DNA of 52,197 nucleotides, filler included, from Bipalium vagum (taxonomy: Eukaryota), in the NCBI GenBank assembly GCA_037834085.1. It is 3 parts of 3 records of this genome, joined end to end, with 100 filler letters (N's around TTAATTAATTAA, not from the genome) between each part and the next. Parts side by side here need not be neighbours in the genome. Positions count along the whole stretch, not along the records: positions 31,787 to 52,197 come from JBBMKC010253827.1; 2 more parts are not named here. One strand, written 5' to 3'. The notes under the pieces are model-generated. The model was given only the letters and a program-made list of their open reading frames with translations. It had not been told where the DNA came from and did not search any database. Positions 38,036 through 51,122 of this stretch are shown here, one piece after another; position 1 is the stretch's first letter; each line of letters starts with the position of its first letter. The position numbers were made by a program, and so were the translations under genes.

Positions 38036-39500
38036 CTAGCAGACCCGTTAGTAGAGAGACTTCTTCCAAAAATGCTGAATCGTTCCAGTGATCTGGAAGT
38101 ATTCATCAACCAATGCAGCCGATATTTCGATGTTTTGAACAAGTCCAAAAGAATGAGCGAAGTACTTATTTATGCTCTTATCGAAGAAGACATTATCGGT
38201 TAGTATGAAAGAAGAGCCAATTTGATAGGTGAATTTGAAGCTCGATTACCTCTAGCGTTTTCCAAAGAAAAAGGATGTGGTGACAGTCTGGGAAGAATTT
38301 CTACAATACAGATACGGTTCAGAGAATATTTAGATTTTTTTCAGAAGATGGGCCACATTAGTCGCGTCTATACAGAGGCAAAGTACACAGATTGCGGACA
38401 AAGAGGATATTACAGGTCAGATAGTTTTAAAAATTCATATGACAGGAAGGGTCCTAACTCGAACGGGAGATTTAGAGAATAAAAAGTCGAAAAAGAAAAA
38501 TTACGGATATCGAGGATAAAGGGAATAGAAATTGATGATCCAATGGAAAAGGATGACAATAACAGCTACCAAAATGCCAGGGCTCCGCTAGACGGGGATA
38601 TAGTGAGACCCATCAATTAAACACGTTGAGCGAGGATCTAAATATTTCAGTTCATTAGACCTAGGAAATGCATACTACCAGGTTGAGTTAAATAATCACA
38701 AGAAAAGACAGCTTTCCCTACGATGTTTCAACCGGATACCTTTTGTGATTGCAGCGGCACCGAGTACATTCCAGGAAATCATGAGCAAAGTGATAGGAGA
38801 AATTAAATTCCTGATAGTATTTCTAGATGATATCTTAGTCTTCTCCGAATCTACTGCAGCCCACTATGAAATTCTTCACAGGATTTTAGGCAGAACTAAA
38901 GATGCAAACATACGAATAAACCCAGAAAAGTATAGTTTTTGAGGGAAGAGATCAAATTTCTTGGTCATATTATTAACAAAAAAGGAGTGAAGACTGATCC
39001 ATCAAAGAAAACAAGCCAAGGTCCATTAGAGATCTACTCAGCTTTTTAGTAATATGTAATTACTACATAAAATTTATAAAGTATGCAATCAAAGCCGGAA
39101 TGTTAAAGAAAAAGTGTGGAATGAATACAAAAAAGTTGGAATGAAATCATGCCTAAAGAATTCGAATTTCTCTCGAATTTCATTGACTGAAAATATTACA
39201 TTTTAGTTTTATTTTTTCATTACATTCAATTAATATTTGATTAATCGCCCGTACTATATTACGTTAATACAACTAGACTTAAGAAATAATACGATTTTCA
39301 TATCTTAATAATTTCGTGTTTAATTTTCATATCTTTATAACATAAATTTCTGTCATGAAACTAAAATATAAAAAAAACCTAAAGATAATACTTACAACAA
39401 GTCCTATTCAGATGTTTTCGAACCAACAAAAGGAATTTATTTTTTACAACGACATCAGTTTTGGAGCAATAGGGGCAGTGTTGACACAAATGAATGAATA
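38036..39500 (+). mobile_element. Degenerate Ty3/gypsy element 3 (gag, RT, start of RNase H)
   Basis: Gag ERLLPKML..DLEVFINQCSRYF with a degenerate knuckle (DCGQRG). RT YFSSLDLGNAYYQV, AAAPSTFQ..VFLDDILVFS, INPEK..IKFLGHII. RNase H SFGAIGAVLTQ. Protease deleted; ~200-nt interruption at ~39155-39365. Confidence 0.92.
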
Positions 39501-40399
39501 TTATCTACGTTAATATCAATCGGTTTACAATCAGAACTACAAGTCATTTTTTAATAGATTTATTAAGTTATAAAACAAGTAATATTTAAATAAATTTTCT
39601 CAGACCTGGAAATTCCTTTTTTATTAAAGTTTAAAAATAAGCCTAATATTATCATTACCATTGTTGTTTTTATAAGAATATTATTGTAACTAATGTATTT
39701 ATATTAAAATTTTACTTTTAAAAAGAATTTTTAATTGTTATTAAACTATATTAAGTTTGAAAATAAAAATAAAGTTAATTAATTTATAACATTTTATTAA
39801 TTAAAATTTTTTTTAATTAGTCCAATTAAGCTGTTGAATTATTGAGTGACTAAGAAAAAAAATCTTTAAGAATATACTTTTTTCAAATAAATATTGTTAA
39901 CAATGAATTCAATTTTTTTAAAAATACAGTGATAATCTGGCAATCACTAACAATTACTAAGATTACCTTTATTATAATAATTAGTTTTATGTAATATTTA
40001 GTTTAAATTTCTTTTTCTTTCATATCATTAGGAAAATAAGAGTGATGGGCCATTGGTTTGTATCACAGAAACATATTTAATTTATTAATTACAATGATTT
40101 TTATCGACATAAAATAGAGTATGTAATCGTGTATTTGTCTCTCTAATCCTTCCTTTAGTCTGATATAACAATAAAATTAAACTTCTTTTATCCGCTTATG
40201 AATCAAAAATTATTTTTCAGGTTTCTAAAATGGTTTTTAATTCTAATAAATAAATAAAGATTTGTTAAAACGTTTTGTTTCAATAAAATAATATGAGCGA
40301 AAAATAATTTATTTATTCTAGTTTCTATATTTTTATATAATTATTACACTAGAAATTAAATAATAAATGACTATAAATCATGTCTAGATTTAAATTGTA

Positions 40400-40620
40400 A
40401 AAGTCATCCTAATTTAAAACTAACAATACCATGGTTTTTTGCAATTAATAAATCCCTGTTAATTAGTAAACCTCCTTTTTAAGTTCATCAATCAATGTTG
40501 ACAATTCTTCATACAATTTCATACTTTAGAATTTGAATACAGTACTTTGTTTTAGTTTCCAAATTTATGTTGAAGAAAAGTTGTCTTGCCTTTTCTTATG
40601 TCATTGACAAATCTCGGTGA
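40400..40620 (-). mobile_element. Possible pogo-like N-terminal HTH remnant
   Basis: Minus-strand EICQ...KQSTVFK...EELSTLIDEL resembles psq/CENP-B HTH segments. Heavily degraded. Confidence 0.3.
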
Positions 40621-41190
40621 AATATCATTTTTAAACTTTAAGGAAAATATTATTATTATATTATTATTATTATATTATTATATTTCGCTAACTGGTTTTT
40701 CTGTTAACGATAAAGTACATTCACAAAATTTTATGATTTCAGTATTTCTTCAATTATAAGCCTGAAACACTTCCTTTTATTAAATTTTTGTAATATTCAT
40801 GGTGTGATAACAACGTTTCAGTACTTAAAAATCAAAGATACTTAAGACAACAATAAATCATATTTCATTACTCAAAGTAGTAACCATTGACTTGAATACA
40901 TTTAGTACATCTTTATACAGAGTACCAAAACATTTTTTAAAGTCATCTTTTAAAATACCCTTCGATTCAAACCGATAAATATGCTGGATTATTAATCACC
41001 ATAACTGCTTTTCAGGCAGAAAGCTTTACGATTATTAAGTTATGAGAAGGTCGCTTATAATTTAGTAAACTCAAACTTTCTTTAGAATTATATTCAAACT
41101 TCATCATAATAGTCCTGGAACTTTATTTTCACACCCTATATTCATCTTATAAATAGCTTACAGATAATATAAAATTTACGAAAATATATA

Positions 41191-41276
41191 CAGTCCCCGT
41201 CAAAGTCTGAGCCCACCTTCAATAATTGAGTCAATGCTTAATCGTATTGCGGCAGTCAGACTTTTGACGGGGACTG
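41191..41276. mobile_element. 86-bp Tc1/mariner-type MITE
   Basis: TIRs CAGTCCCCGTCAAA-GTCTGA / TCAGACTTTTGACGGGGACTG (one 1-nt indel), flanked by TA on both sides. Confidence 0.9.
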
Positions 41277-43264
41277 TAATAAAATATAAACAAAATATTA
41301 TATACATTTTATAAAAGTTGATGGATAATTCAAGCAAAAAGAGTATAAACACATGCGGATGTTGGAGTATATATTATATCAAGGAAGTTTACAAATCCTT
41401 TCTTATTTTTAATCAAAAATTATAAAAAAAAATAGAACAAGAACAATTTTTTATTAATCCTCAAAATAAAGACCATTTAAATTAATAGTTGTTGGATCTC
41501 GTGTTGATACCAATCTTTGTCTTTGGAGCTACAAATATATTGGCACCCTATTCTACCTCATCCAAATTATTGAAACAGAATATATAAATATATAAATTTA
41601 AAATAAATCAGCAACTATAAAAAGTTAATTAGAATTTTTCACCTGACTTTTATAATTAACAAAATCTAACCTATATTTTGATGCAATTATTTTCAAAAAT
41701 TCATAAAAACTTCGATTTCAGAAAAAACGTCAAAAATAAAATAAAAAACAATATCAAGAATTAAAATTTTTTAACATAATCAAATATTCAATTATTAAAT
41801 AATAAAATTATATTACAGAATTAAAATGACTTTAGTGTAATTTCATTTCCCAATTCTCTTAATCAATTGATTGGATTTCCTATTTGAAATTTTTGCTTTA
41901 AATTAGACTAAGGCGTCAAAGTGTCAATTAAAAATGGAAATTGATTACGATTATTAATAAGAAAAAAAGGAAATGTTGAAATATTTTGATCGATCGAAAA
42001 TTATTTTTTACGGGAAAATGTGAAAAACAGAACACCTCAAATCATTTTGTCTATAAAGTTAAGAAAATCCTAAAAGAATTTTGTTTTAATTACTAAAAAA
42101 ATTGTTGAATATCTATTCGTTTTTGAGATGTTTCTCTTTCGATATTGAGTAATTGCTATTTCATATATTATTAATAATAATTTATTTCATCTAATTAATT
42201 TTTTTACTTATTTCGATATTTATATTTTATTCCAATAAAAATAAGTCATGCATTATGAAACATGATGGATAATGTCATTTGAGAAATTAATGAAAATATA
42301 CATTGTAAATATAAATATTTTTTTTAATAATCGATATAAACTAAACGGAATGTGTGATTTCCTTTAATAAGAACCCTTTAGAATTTTAATTCACATAACT
42401 TTTATTATTCCAAATTTCATGATAATATTACTGATTAGTTGAAAAGTTTAGTTTAATATAAAATAAAAACTAAAATATATTATTAAAATATAAATATTCT
42501 AAAAATATCGCTACTTTTTTAAAAAACTTTTTTTAGAAATTACGAAAATATATATTAGTAAATGTTGTTTTTATAATCCTATTATGGTGTATCATACATT
42601 ATTTATTTATTTATTATAACGGATTGCAAAATAACGTAATGAAAAATTCGAATCTTAGTTAGAATGCCCTAAAATTACTTTTGAGTTTTCAAAAAGAAAT
42701 TATAGCATAAAAATTAAAGAAAATACTGTATAATTTTTATTTTTAGTAGTAAAGAAATAAATGCAGGTTTAACATTGAACTTCAAATAAACAAATCAAAG
42801 CATAAACAAAATTTTATTTATCGAAATAGAATCCATTAAACTGATTATATAAACGATGAATTTAAATATTATAAAGATATTATGTTTTATGTTTAATAAT
42901 AATGTTTTTTTTCTCTAATGGTATGATTATAATATTAAAAAAGGTTATATCTTTCTCATCCAGAACATCTTCGTGTGTAATTTGTGACTGACATCTAACA
43001 AGAATTAAGAATATATAGTGAATATGGTTCATATTTATGTGAAATTGTTAGGGGTTTTCGCCACTTCTTAACCAGACCTTAAAATGAAATTGGAAAATTG
43101 GGAAAGGATATTTAACCATCAACTGAGTTGGAGATAGGAATAATAATGAAATAATGTCCTCTGTTGTCTGATAGGGGAGCTGAGTCTAATACTAGGGGAG
43201 TCTTTTAACCTCCTGAAAAGATGTTATGTGACTGAATCTCACCAGGAACAGTGATTAATGGACA

Positions 43265-43350
43265 TATATTAAATGATATATTATTAAATTATTATTATAT
43301 TATATTATATTATTATTATATTATTAAATTATTATTATGATATATATTAA
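43265..43350. repeat. AT-only low-complexity/microsatellite (TTA/TATAT)
   Basis: Direct reading. Confidence 0.8.
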
Positions 43351-44864
43351 ATTTGACATTTAAGGTTTAATCCCAATGTTTGGAATGATTGTTTTACTTC
43401 GTAAACTAAGTCTGCCAATATTATAATTACTATATAATTTTTGTAAATTTAATTTATCAACAGTTTATTGTTATACAAATTAATTTGACAAGTTTGGAAT
43501 TTCTAAAAAAATTTAAATTTAATATTTTAATGATTTAGATTTCCAATCAATTTTTGTGTTCCATAAATTATTAATTAGGTTCAAAAAACAGTTGATTTTT
43601 AATTATTGTTTAAAATTAAAAATTATAACAGAATAATAAACTATCAAATTTAGAAGGTAGTTTATGTTTAATTTAAAAGAAATTGCTTTTCATTACAAAA
43701 AAGTTGATTAATATTTATTATTATTATTTGTAAATATTTACTTACAAATTTACGTGTGCTAAAAAAGTATATCACTTATTAAAACTAATTATTTTTGAAT
43801 CTATACATTTTGTTAATTATAAATCCTTATTAAGAAAAAAGTTGAATTTCGTTAAAAATGATTAAATTGTGAACTATTAATGTATTCATTGATGAAGAAA
43901 TAGTATTAAAAACTTAAGTCGAATTATTAAATGAATAATTTCTCATTCGTTTTAATTTTTTGTTTACTTGATTAGATGTACTTATTTTTTTTAATTAATT
44001 TATTTTACAAAGTTACTTTTCATTGTTCAAAATATTTTATTGAAATCAAGGATAAATTTCTTAATTATTTATTTTTCAGAATGTTATGATCATAATTCTG
44101 AGATGTTTATATCATTATCTTTAACAAAACATCAGTAATATTTATTAGTAAAAGAGGCGTCAACAATTTTCAATTTTTGTTTGACTGAACTAAACAGCGG
44201 CGCCAGCTTTTCTAATTTATCTGATTTCATTATGTGAAAAATTATCCTAATGAATTTTTAAAAATGATAATTAATATTATTGTTCTTGGATTATTCTGTA
44301 AAATTAAAGAAATACGTTAAAAATATATGAAATCTAATGTCAGGCCAGAAATATTTTCGGATAAAGTAAAGGTTGATAAATACAATAGATTTACGGAATT
44401 GATCACACAAGTTTAAATGTGAATTATATCGGACTGTTTTTCTGAATTGTCAAAAACTTAAAAACTAGGCTGTCATGTGAAGTTTTACATAATCAACTCT
44501 TTCCAAATTATTCAATTGAGCTTTCTTATCTTTCATGTGCCAAGAACCTTAATTCTTTTTCAATGACCTCAAAGAAACCAAACGCAGACCAGATGCAGGA
44601 CATAGAATGATCTGTTGCAGATTCTATGAAATCTTTAATAGATTGTTTCTCAAGTAAAAGACCTGGTCATCTAAAAAGGATTTATCAATAAAAAGATAGT
44701 GGATGTAGGTAACATTGCTCAGAGAGAAAAATTCCATGAACACACTGTTAATATGTCTATGGAAGAAGAAAAATAAGATATTCTGATATATTTACTAAAT
44801 GTTTATTTTGTTTCATGTGCTTTAGGTGGAGCACCTAATTTTAGTTCAATAGATTTAAGTTAAT

Positions 44865-45190
44865 TACCACAAAAGCTAAAGAAGAAATACAAAAGGAAGA
44901 ACCATCATGGCTTTTTGAAGATATTTCCGAGATACCTGTTTATTTCCGACATTTTGGGAATAATTGATAAGTATAATAAATGCATATATTTAATAGACAA
45001 AATGAGCAGTCTATTCGAAAAATAATTATGAAAAATAGAATATTGAAGGTTTTTAAGCCAATAACGATTAATATGACCTGTTGAACGCAGGAAAGAGTTT
45101 ACAATGAGACTAAATGAAGAAATTCATCCTTCTAGCCCTTATCATCACAATATTAATAATCCAACAGAGAACCAGTTCGGAATTATGTGA
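44865..45190 (+). mobile_element. Ty3/gypsy integrase fragment, same clade as element 1
   Basis: TKAKEEIQKEEPSWLFEDI, ILGIIDKY, QNEQSIRKIIMKN, SSPYHHN, colinear with 3200-3545. Confidence 0.8.
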
Positions 45191-47726
45191 TTCTAGAGTT
45201 TAACTAAATTTTATGTGTTTTAAATTTTCTTTAAACCATCTCATGACAGTCATATACCCTTGTCTGTTTAAAATTTGACTCTGAACAGTTATATTATTCA
45301 GTAATTTATTATCTTATAATATTTATTTTACATTAACACTTTTAGTTCAGTATTAACATTATTTTTATTTCATCACAGTTTAGAGACTTGAATTTATTTT
45401 AATTTTTGTTGTAATTTTTTAAGTTTATTGATTTTTCTGAGGCTTTGAAATAATTGCAAAATGGATTTTTCTCTTCATAATTTCTTTAGCGAGTAATTTC
45501 AATGCAATATTCATTCCATTATTTCATGGTTTACTTTTATAATTGCCTTTTAAAATCATATTATTTATAACCGGATTTAATTTTATAAAACAATTCATAA
45601 AATAAATTTTAAAATGGTATTTTAAAAAAATCAGTTTTTTATATTTTAATATATTCAGTCGCAACGTGAAAAAAATGAAACTCTTCTGAAATTTTCAATT
45701 AAAATATCAATAGTTTCTGATGCTTTCGAAACTTATTTTAATTTTTGAAATCCCACGTTCTTAAAATGTTTATTTTTTGCTTTAATGTATATTTTCAAAA
45801 TATAAAAAATTTTCGAAATATATTCTTCATTTCGCTATTATTATGAAACTATCAATAAATACTAATATAATAAAATATCTTTATTAGTTATTTATAATAT
45901 TAATTTTCTTTATCCATAAAATCAAAAAAATTGATTTTTCATAATTTAATATCATAATAAATACAAATAATTACCGTTACACCTATTATACAAATATAAT
46001 CTAAGAATATTTTCATTAATATATTTTAATAAAAATGATGAAACCACTATTATTTTTCATACCTGTTCAAACATCAAAAAGATAACCTAAAGGGGTTTAG
46101 ATCAGAACGTGGTTAATATCAAGTTAATGATCTAAATTCAATCAGTCTGGGTATTAATTACATCTATAAAAACAGGAAGAGATCATGATACTTTATCATA
46201 TAATAATATTGGTTTATAATATTATCTAATTTATAAATAAAATCAAATCTTGTCTTTAATATTGGATCCAAAGCTTTCCAATATTCTGGCAGAATAATCA
46301 AATTATATCTTCACAATAATAAATATTAATTATATTTTTATGTGTCTTGTAGTCTAATTCAACCAATAACTAAAATTTTATATTAATTTAAACATTGTTA
46401 TTGCATTTCAAATAATATTTTTAAAAATATTTTTAGTATTCTAATCATATATTATATTTTAAAAATACAAAGGGTCTAAAAACAGTTTTTAAAACAGATT
46501 TATTTCAGAAAATTAACCAAATTCAAAAATTCACTTTGACACAAAATGATGCTTTCCAGGTCATCTCTCAATCAGTTTAACTCACGAGTCAGCTTGTATG
46601 TTATTTGCTCTCCCAGGAACATTTTTACTTAATGTACGGATTTGAATGTTTTTATTTTCCTCATTAACTCAAAATTCCAGAGTATGAATCGATCCACCAG
46701 GCTCATATTAGAAGACTAAGGTGGTTGTGGAATACCCTTGATTACATTCTACTCCACCAAAAAATTAAAAATTTGGTTATATAGTGCGAGTATTATCCTG
46801 CATGATAGTGAGGTTTATATTAATGTTTGTCTTTCAGATTTACCGATTCGAACAAGATAAAATAAGTTTACTTTTAAAGCGCTTTGTTTATTTATTCGAT
46901 GATTATATATAAATATATTTCATAATATAAAAATATTTTATACTCCTTATATTTCGATTTACTCAAGCAATATATTAGAATTATAATCTGTCTTGTTCGA
47001 TTTTCTGCATAATTCATAAATTTTGATATGAACAAAGACAATGAATTCTGGTAACTTTATCATTTTAGTTTCAAATTAAACATTATAACACTTAATCTGA
47101 AGATCGCTTTTAAATAAGGTTTCTTAGATTTTAAGTTTTCTATTCACAAGAAGCCGAAGCAAATTTTCTCAATGTACAGTTGTCCATAGTAAATCCCAAA
47201 AACCTTGACTCTTTATGATGTCAATATTTTCACATTTATGAAAATATTATTGAGTTGAAATGTTTTTTTTTGCTTTCATTTTAAATTAATAAAAAATTGG
47301 CCTAGAGATAAAAACGTTTAATTACATTCTATAGATTGCAAAGAAAATTAAACCGTTTCTAATTCTTTAATCAGTACAAAGAGAGCTTGTCTTTAATTAA
47401 ATTTTATTTCATGAAAAACAAAATTTTACAAATCTTTATGAGTTTCTTTGGAACTTATTACTCCTTTATTAAATTTAAATTAAATTATATTTCACATATA
47501 ATAAACCATTGGGAATAAAAAAAAGTCTAATCAAAGAATTATTTCAAATTCGAAATCCAAAAATATTTTATTTTTTCAAATAAATATTTTCAGACAACAA
47601 TTCCAACAGAAAAGGGTGTGCAAAATATCAAAATTTAAATTAGATTATTAATTAATTATTGACTATCAATACTTAAAACCCAAATAATGGGTTGGTAAGA
47701 TACCGATATATTTTATATGCATCACT

Positions 47727-48087
47727 AATTAGTATGGAAATTAGTTCCCATCGTTTTGTTATAGATTAATTATTATTATTATAAATATTGTGTATTTGTC
47801 ATTGAACATAAAACTAGAAAGTAATATTGTAATATAACTATAAGATATCAATAATTAGTATTTATTTTAACTGATTAAACAACTTACTTATTTTAGCGAA
47901 TATGCAAAATCACAGACTAAAGAAACAGTATTTGCGGGAATTATTATTATTTGGCTACAATTTAGAGAAATCAGCAGTTGAAGACCGTAGATTAATTATA
48001 AAAGCTAACGGTAAATGTGCACAGTTTGAACCAACATTCCGAGAATGGTAACGAAAAGTGACAGGTGACTTTAGAAGACAAAGAACT
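47727..48087 (+). mobile_element. Mariner 5' remnant (mauritiana/Mos1-like)
   Basis: From 47902: MQNHRLKKQYLRELLLFGYNLEKSAVEDRRLIIKANG..TFREW..GDF..EDKE. TIR-like sequence ~47727-47757. Confidence 0.75.
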
Positions 48088-48589
48088 GATTTTTGTTTAA
48101 ATTTTTTATGTAAATACTAAAAATAAAACAATATAATTAATATACCAGGTTATATATAAAACTGAGACCGTAATTATGTAATTTTACAAATTAATATAAA
48201 TATATTTAATTTTATTACAGAATTTGTCTAACAGCTAATTTGTTAAATGTAATAGAAAATTTATCCGATATATAAAAATAACTATTTATCGAATGTCAAC
48301 GCTATCTTCAAAGCAGCCTTGAAACGTAAAATGAAAGAAAAGTTTACAGTTTTGGCCCACTTAAAATATCAAGTGGTATTTTTCATCATTTCATCAAATC
48401 TTCAAATATTTTTTTATAAACTATCTAACAAATTTAAATTTGATTTAATATATTCTTTTTTAAAGTAATTTTTCCCTAAAATCATATTTAAACATAAAGA
48501 AATCAAAATTTCTAGTTTTTTATTATTGCTTATCTTTAAAAAAAACTTCTTTTTAATTTTTTATTTTATTTTTATGTTGTTATCTTTTA

Positions 48590-48639
<50 letters not shown>
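48590..48639. repeat. (TTA)n microsatellite
   Basis: Direct reading. Confidence 0.95.
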
Positions 48640-48640
<1 letters not shown>

Positions 48641-50579
48641 TAAGTTCTCTAAATATTTTATATTATTTGAATGTTTAATTAAAACAAATTATACTTTTTG
48701 ATTAAAAAATCAAGTAAAAAATACTATGATAATAATTATAGGTCATTTAAAAGTAAAGAAAATATTAATCATGTAACAATAATGATAAAATAATAATCAA
48801 AAACAAATAATCATTTATAAATAAATAAGTAAAATTGAAGTTACTAAAATAAATAAGTTTCAAAAAATTGAACAAAATAACTTACTAAAAATATTAAATT
48901 ACTAAATTTAGAAAGCTTTAACAAGATTTATCCTTTTTACTAAATTTAATTAATCTTGATTATTAGAATCGGTTAAAATAATAAGATATGTTCTAAAATT
49001 AGTAAAAAAAAAACTATTTTAGCCAACTATGTCTAAATAGTGAAATTGGATAATATAAATACCGATGCAATCTTTGTTTAATTGGCCCTTAAAATCTTGC
49101 AAAATGCGGTTCACCTATTCTAATAAAGGAGATTTTAAGAGTGCTGATAATATTACATGTTAGGAATCTTGTTATTCCCATTCTAAAATTTGATTTCTTT
49201 AAGTCAACCTAAATAATATAATAATTTTAGTAATGACACTAAATCATTTTCATCATTAATTTTTTATTTTTTGTACACAATAAACTCTTTGTTTACATGC
49301 TAACTCGATTTTGCTTTGCTCTAGGTGATCAAATAAGTATTTTTGTCATCAGGCTTTCTTCGATTATCAGAAAACTAAGGTATTTGATAACCGTTGTTTA
49401 CTGTGATAAAAACTATACCTTTTTGTTAATTGCAATCTCCATTTGTAAGTTTTTATTATTTACACTAGGGGGAATTTGATGAGCCCAAAAGTCGTAACCA
49501 CCTTGCAAATTTAATGGAAACAAAAGAGAGACTTTGTAATGTCTTCAATTGTTTGGACAAAATTAAATCGTACCTGCATTAACAATTTTTGAAAAACCCG
49601 TTAATTTATTTAGCAATAAACCAAACCAAACCAAACTTAAGTAGCCCAGTAGGTCGCAACTAAATTTTTTAAATAGTAGGTAAAACTACAATTTCAAAGA
49701 TTTTGAAATCTAAAGAAATATTTTCAAAACTTTTTAATATAAAAATTAATAGATTATTCTTTAATTAAAATATTTAAGTTTTTTAATTAATTTTGAAAAA
49801 AACTACAGATAGAATGTATCCCATGCTTTCGTCATTGATTAATTTTATTAAAAACTAAAATGAGTTTTTTACCGTAATATGTTGTCTGCATATTTGAAGC
49901 TAAAGTTTCTTTAAATATATATTACATAAATTAATTAGATTATTTAACCAGTTACCTTTAGTTCTAATCAAGAGACATTAATAATTATATTTATTAAACT
50001 AACAGACAGTTGCTGAGATTTCAATGTTGGATGGAGAATAATTAAATTATGGAGCACAGTCCTCTTTTAAATATAATAAAAGAAAAATTCAAAATTTTCA
50101 CTCTAATCAGAATTCTTAAGAGTGAATCTAAAAAATTCCTTTTGAAAATAGATATATGTATATACATACTATTATTAAATTTCCTCATTAATTTAATGTC
50201 TAAGGCTTGGTGATAATAATTTCAGACAGAAGATATCAAAGATTTCTATCTAAATATATTTATATAATATTATCATAAATAACAGTAATAAACAAAAATT
50301 TTATTATTTTTTATAAATTTTATAACTTATTATTATTTAATAATATTTTTATTGTTTGTGAAGTTTAGGCATTGGATATAGTGTCTGTAAACTATGAAAT
50401 ACATACATCCTTATATAAAGTACAAAATTATAAACAAATGACTTTGATTAATGAAAAATTATATAATTTCAGCTTACATACAGTCGCGAACGATAAAAAT
50501 TGCACATTTAAAATCCTTAGTTTTTATGTATCTCAAACATTTGTTAAAATGATTTTTTATTCGCTTCAACTATTTAATT

Positions 50580-51010
50580 GAAGTGAAAAGGTAACTATTG
50601 AAATTATGAAAGGTGGAACGTTGAATTCAGAAACATATCAACAACTTTTTAAAAATGGTCTACTGTTATTTACACGCAAACAGTTAACAAATAGAGGTCA
50701 ATATCAACAAGATAATGCTCCTGCCCATATCTCTAGATCAACGAAGAAAATTGTTTAGGTCTATGATTTCAATGTTTTTTTCATGGCCTACTATGAGCCC
50801 AATCGATGATGTATGTGGTCGTACGGTGTGCGTTCTGAAACGAGATTATGAGCAGAACACAATATCGCCTTATTTTGACTAAATTCATGATTGACCGTCT
50901 TAATACTTTGTTTAACATTCCTGATGATGTAACAAGTGATTAACTTGTTTATTTCAAAAAATGTGGAAATATATGTATTTAAACAAGTGTGTACTTATCA
51001 TTGTCTACTG
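50580..51010 (+). mobile_element. Tc1/Tc3-like transposase C-terminal remnant with 3' end
   Basis: GTLNSETYQQLF..YQQDNAPAHISRST..FSWPTMSP; terminus ..TCTACTG|TA. Confidence 0.8.
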
Positions 51011-51122
51011 TATTTTAATATCTCAATTTTAAAGCTTGAACTTGAAAGTAATATCAAATAACTTATTATTTCGTCGAAAAAAGTAAAAAAAATGCGTATT
51101 GTCCATCATAATTACCTTAATA

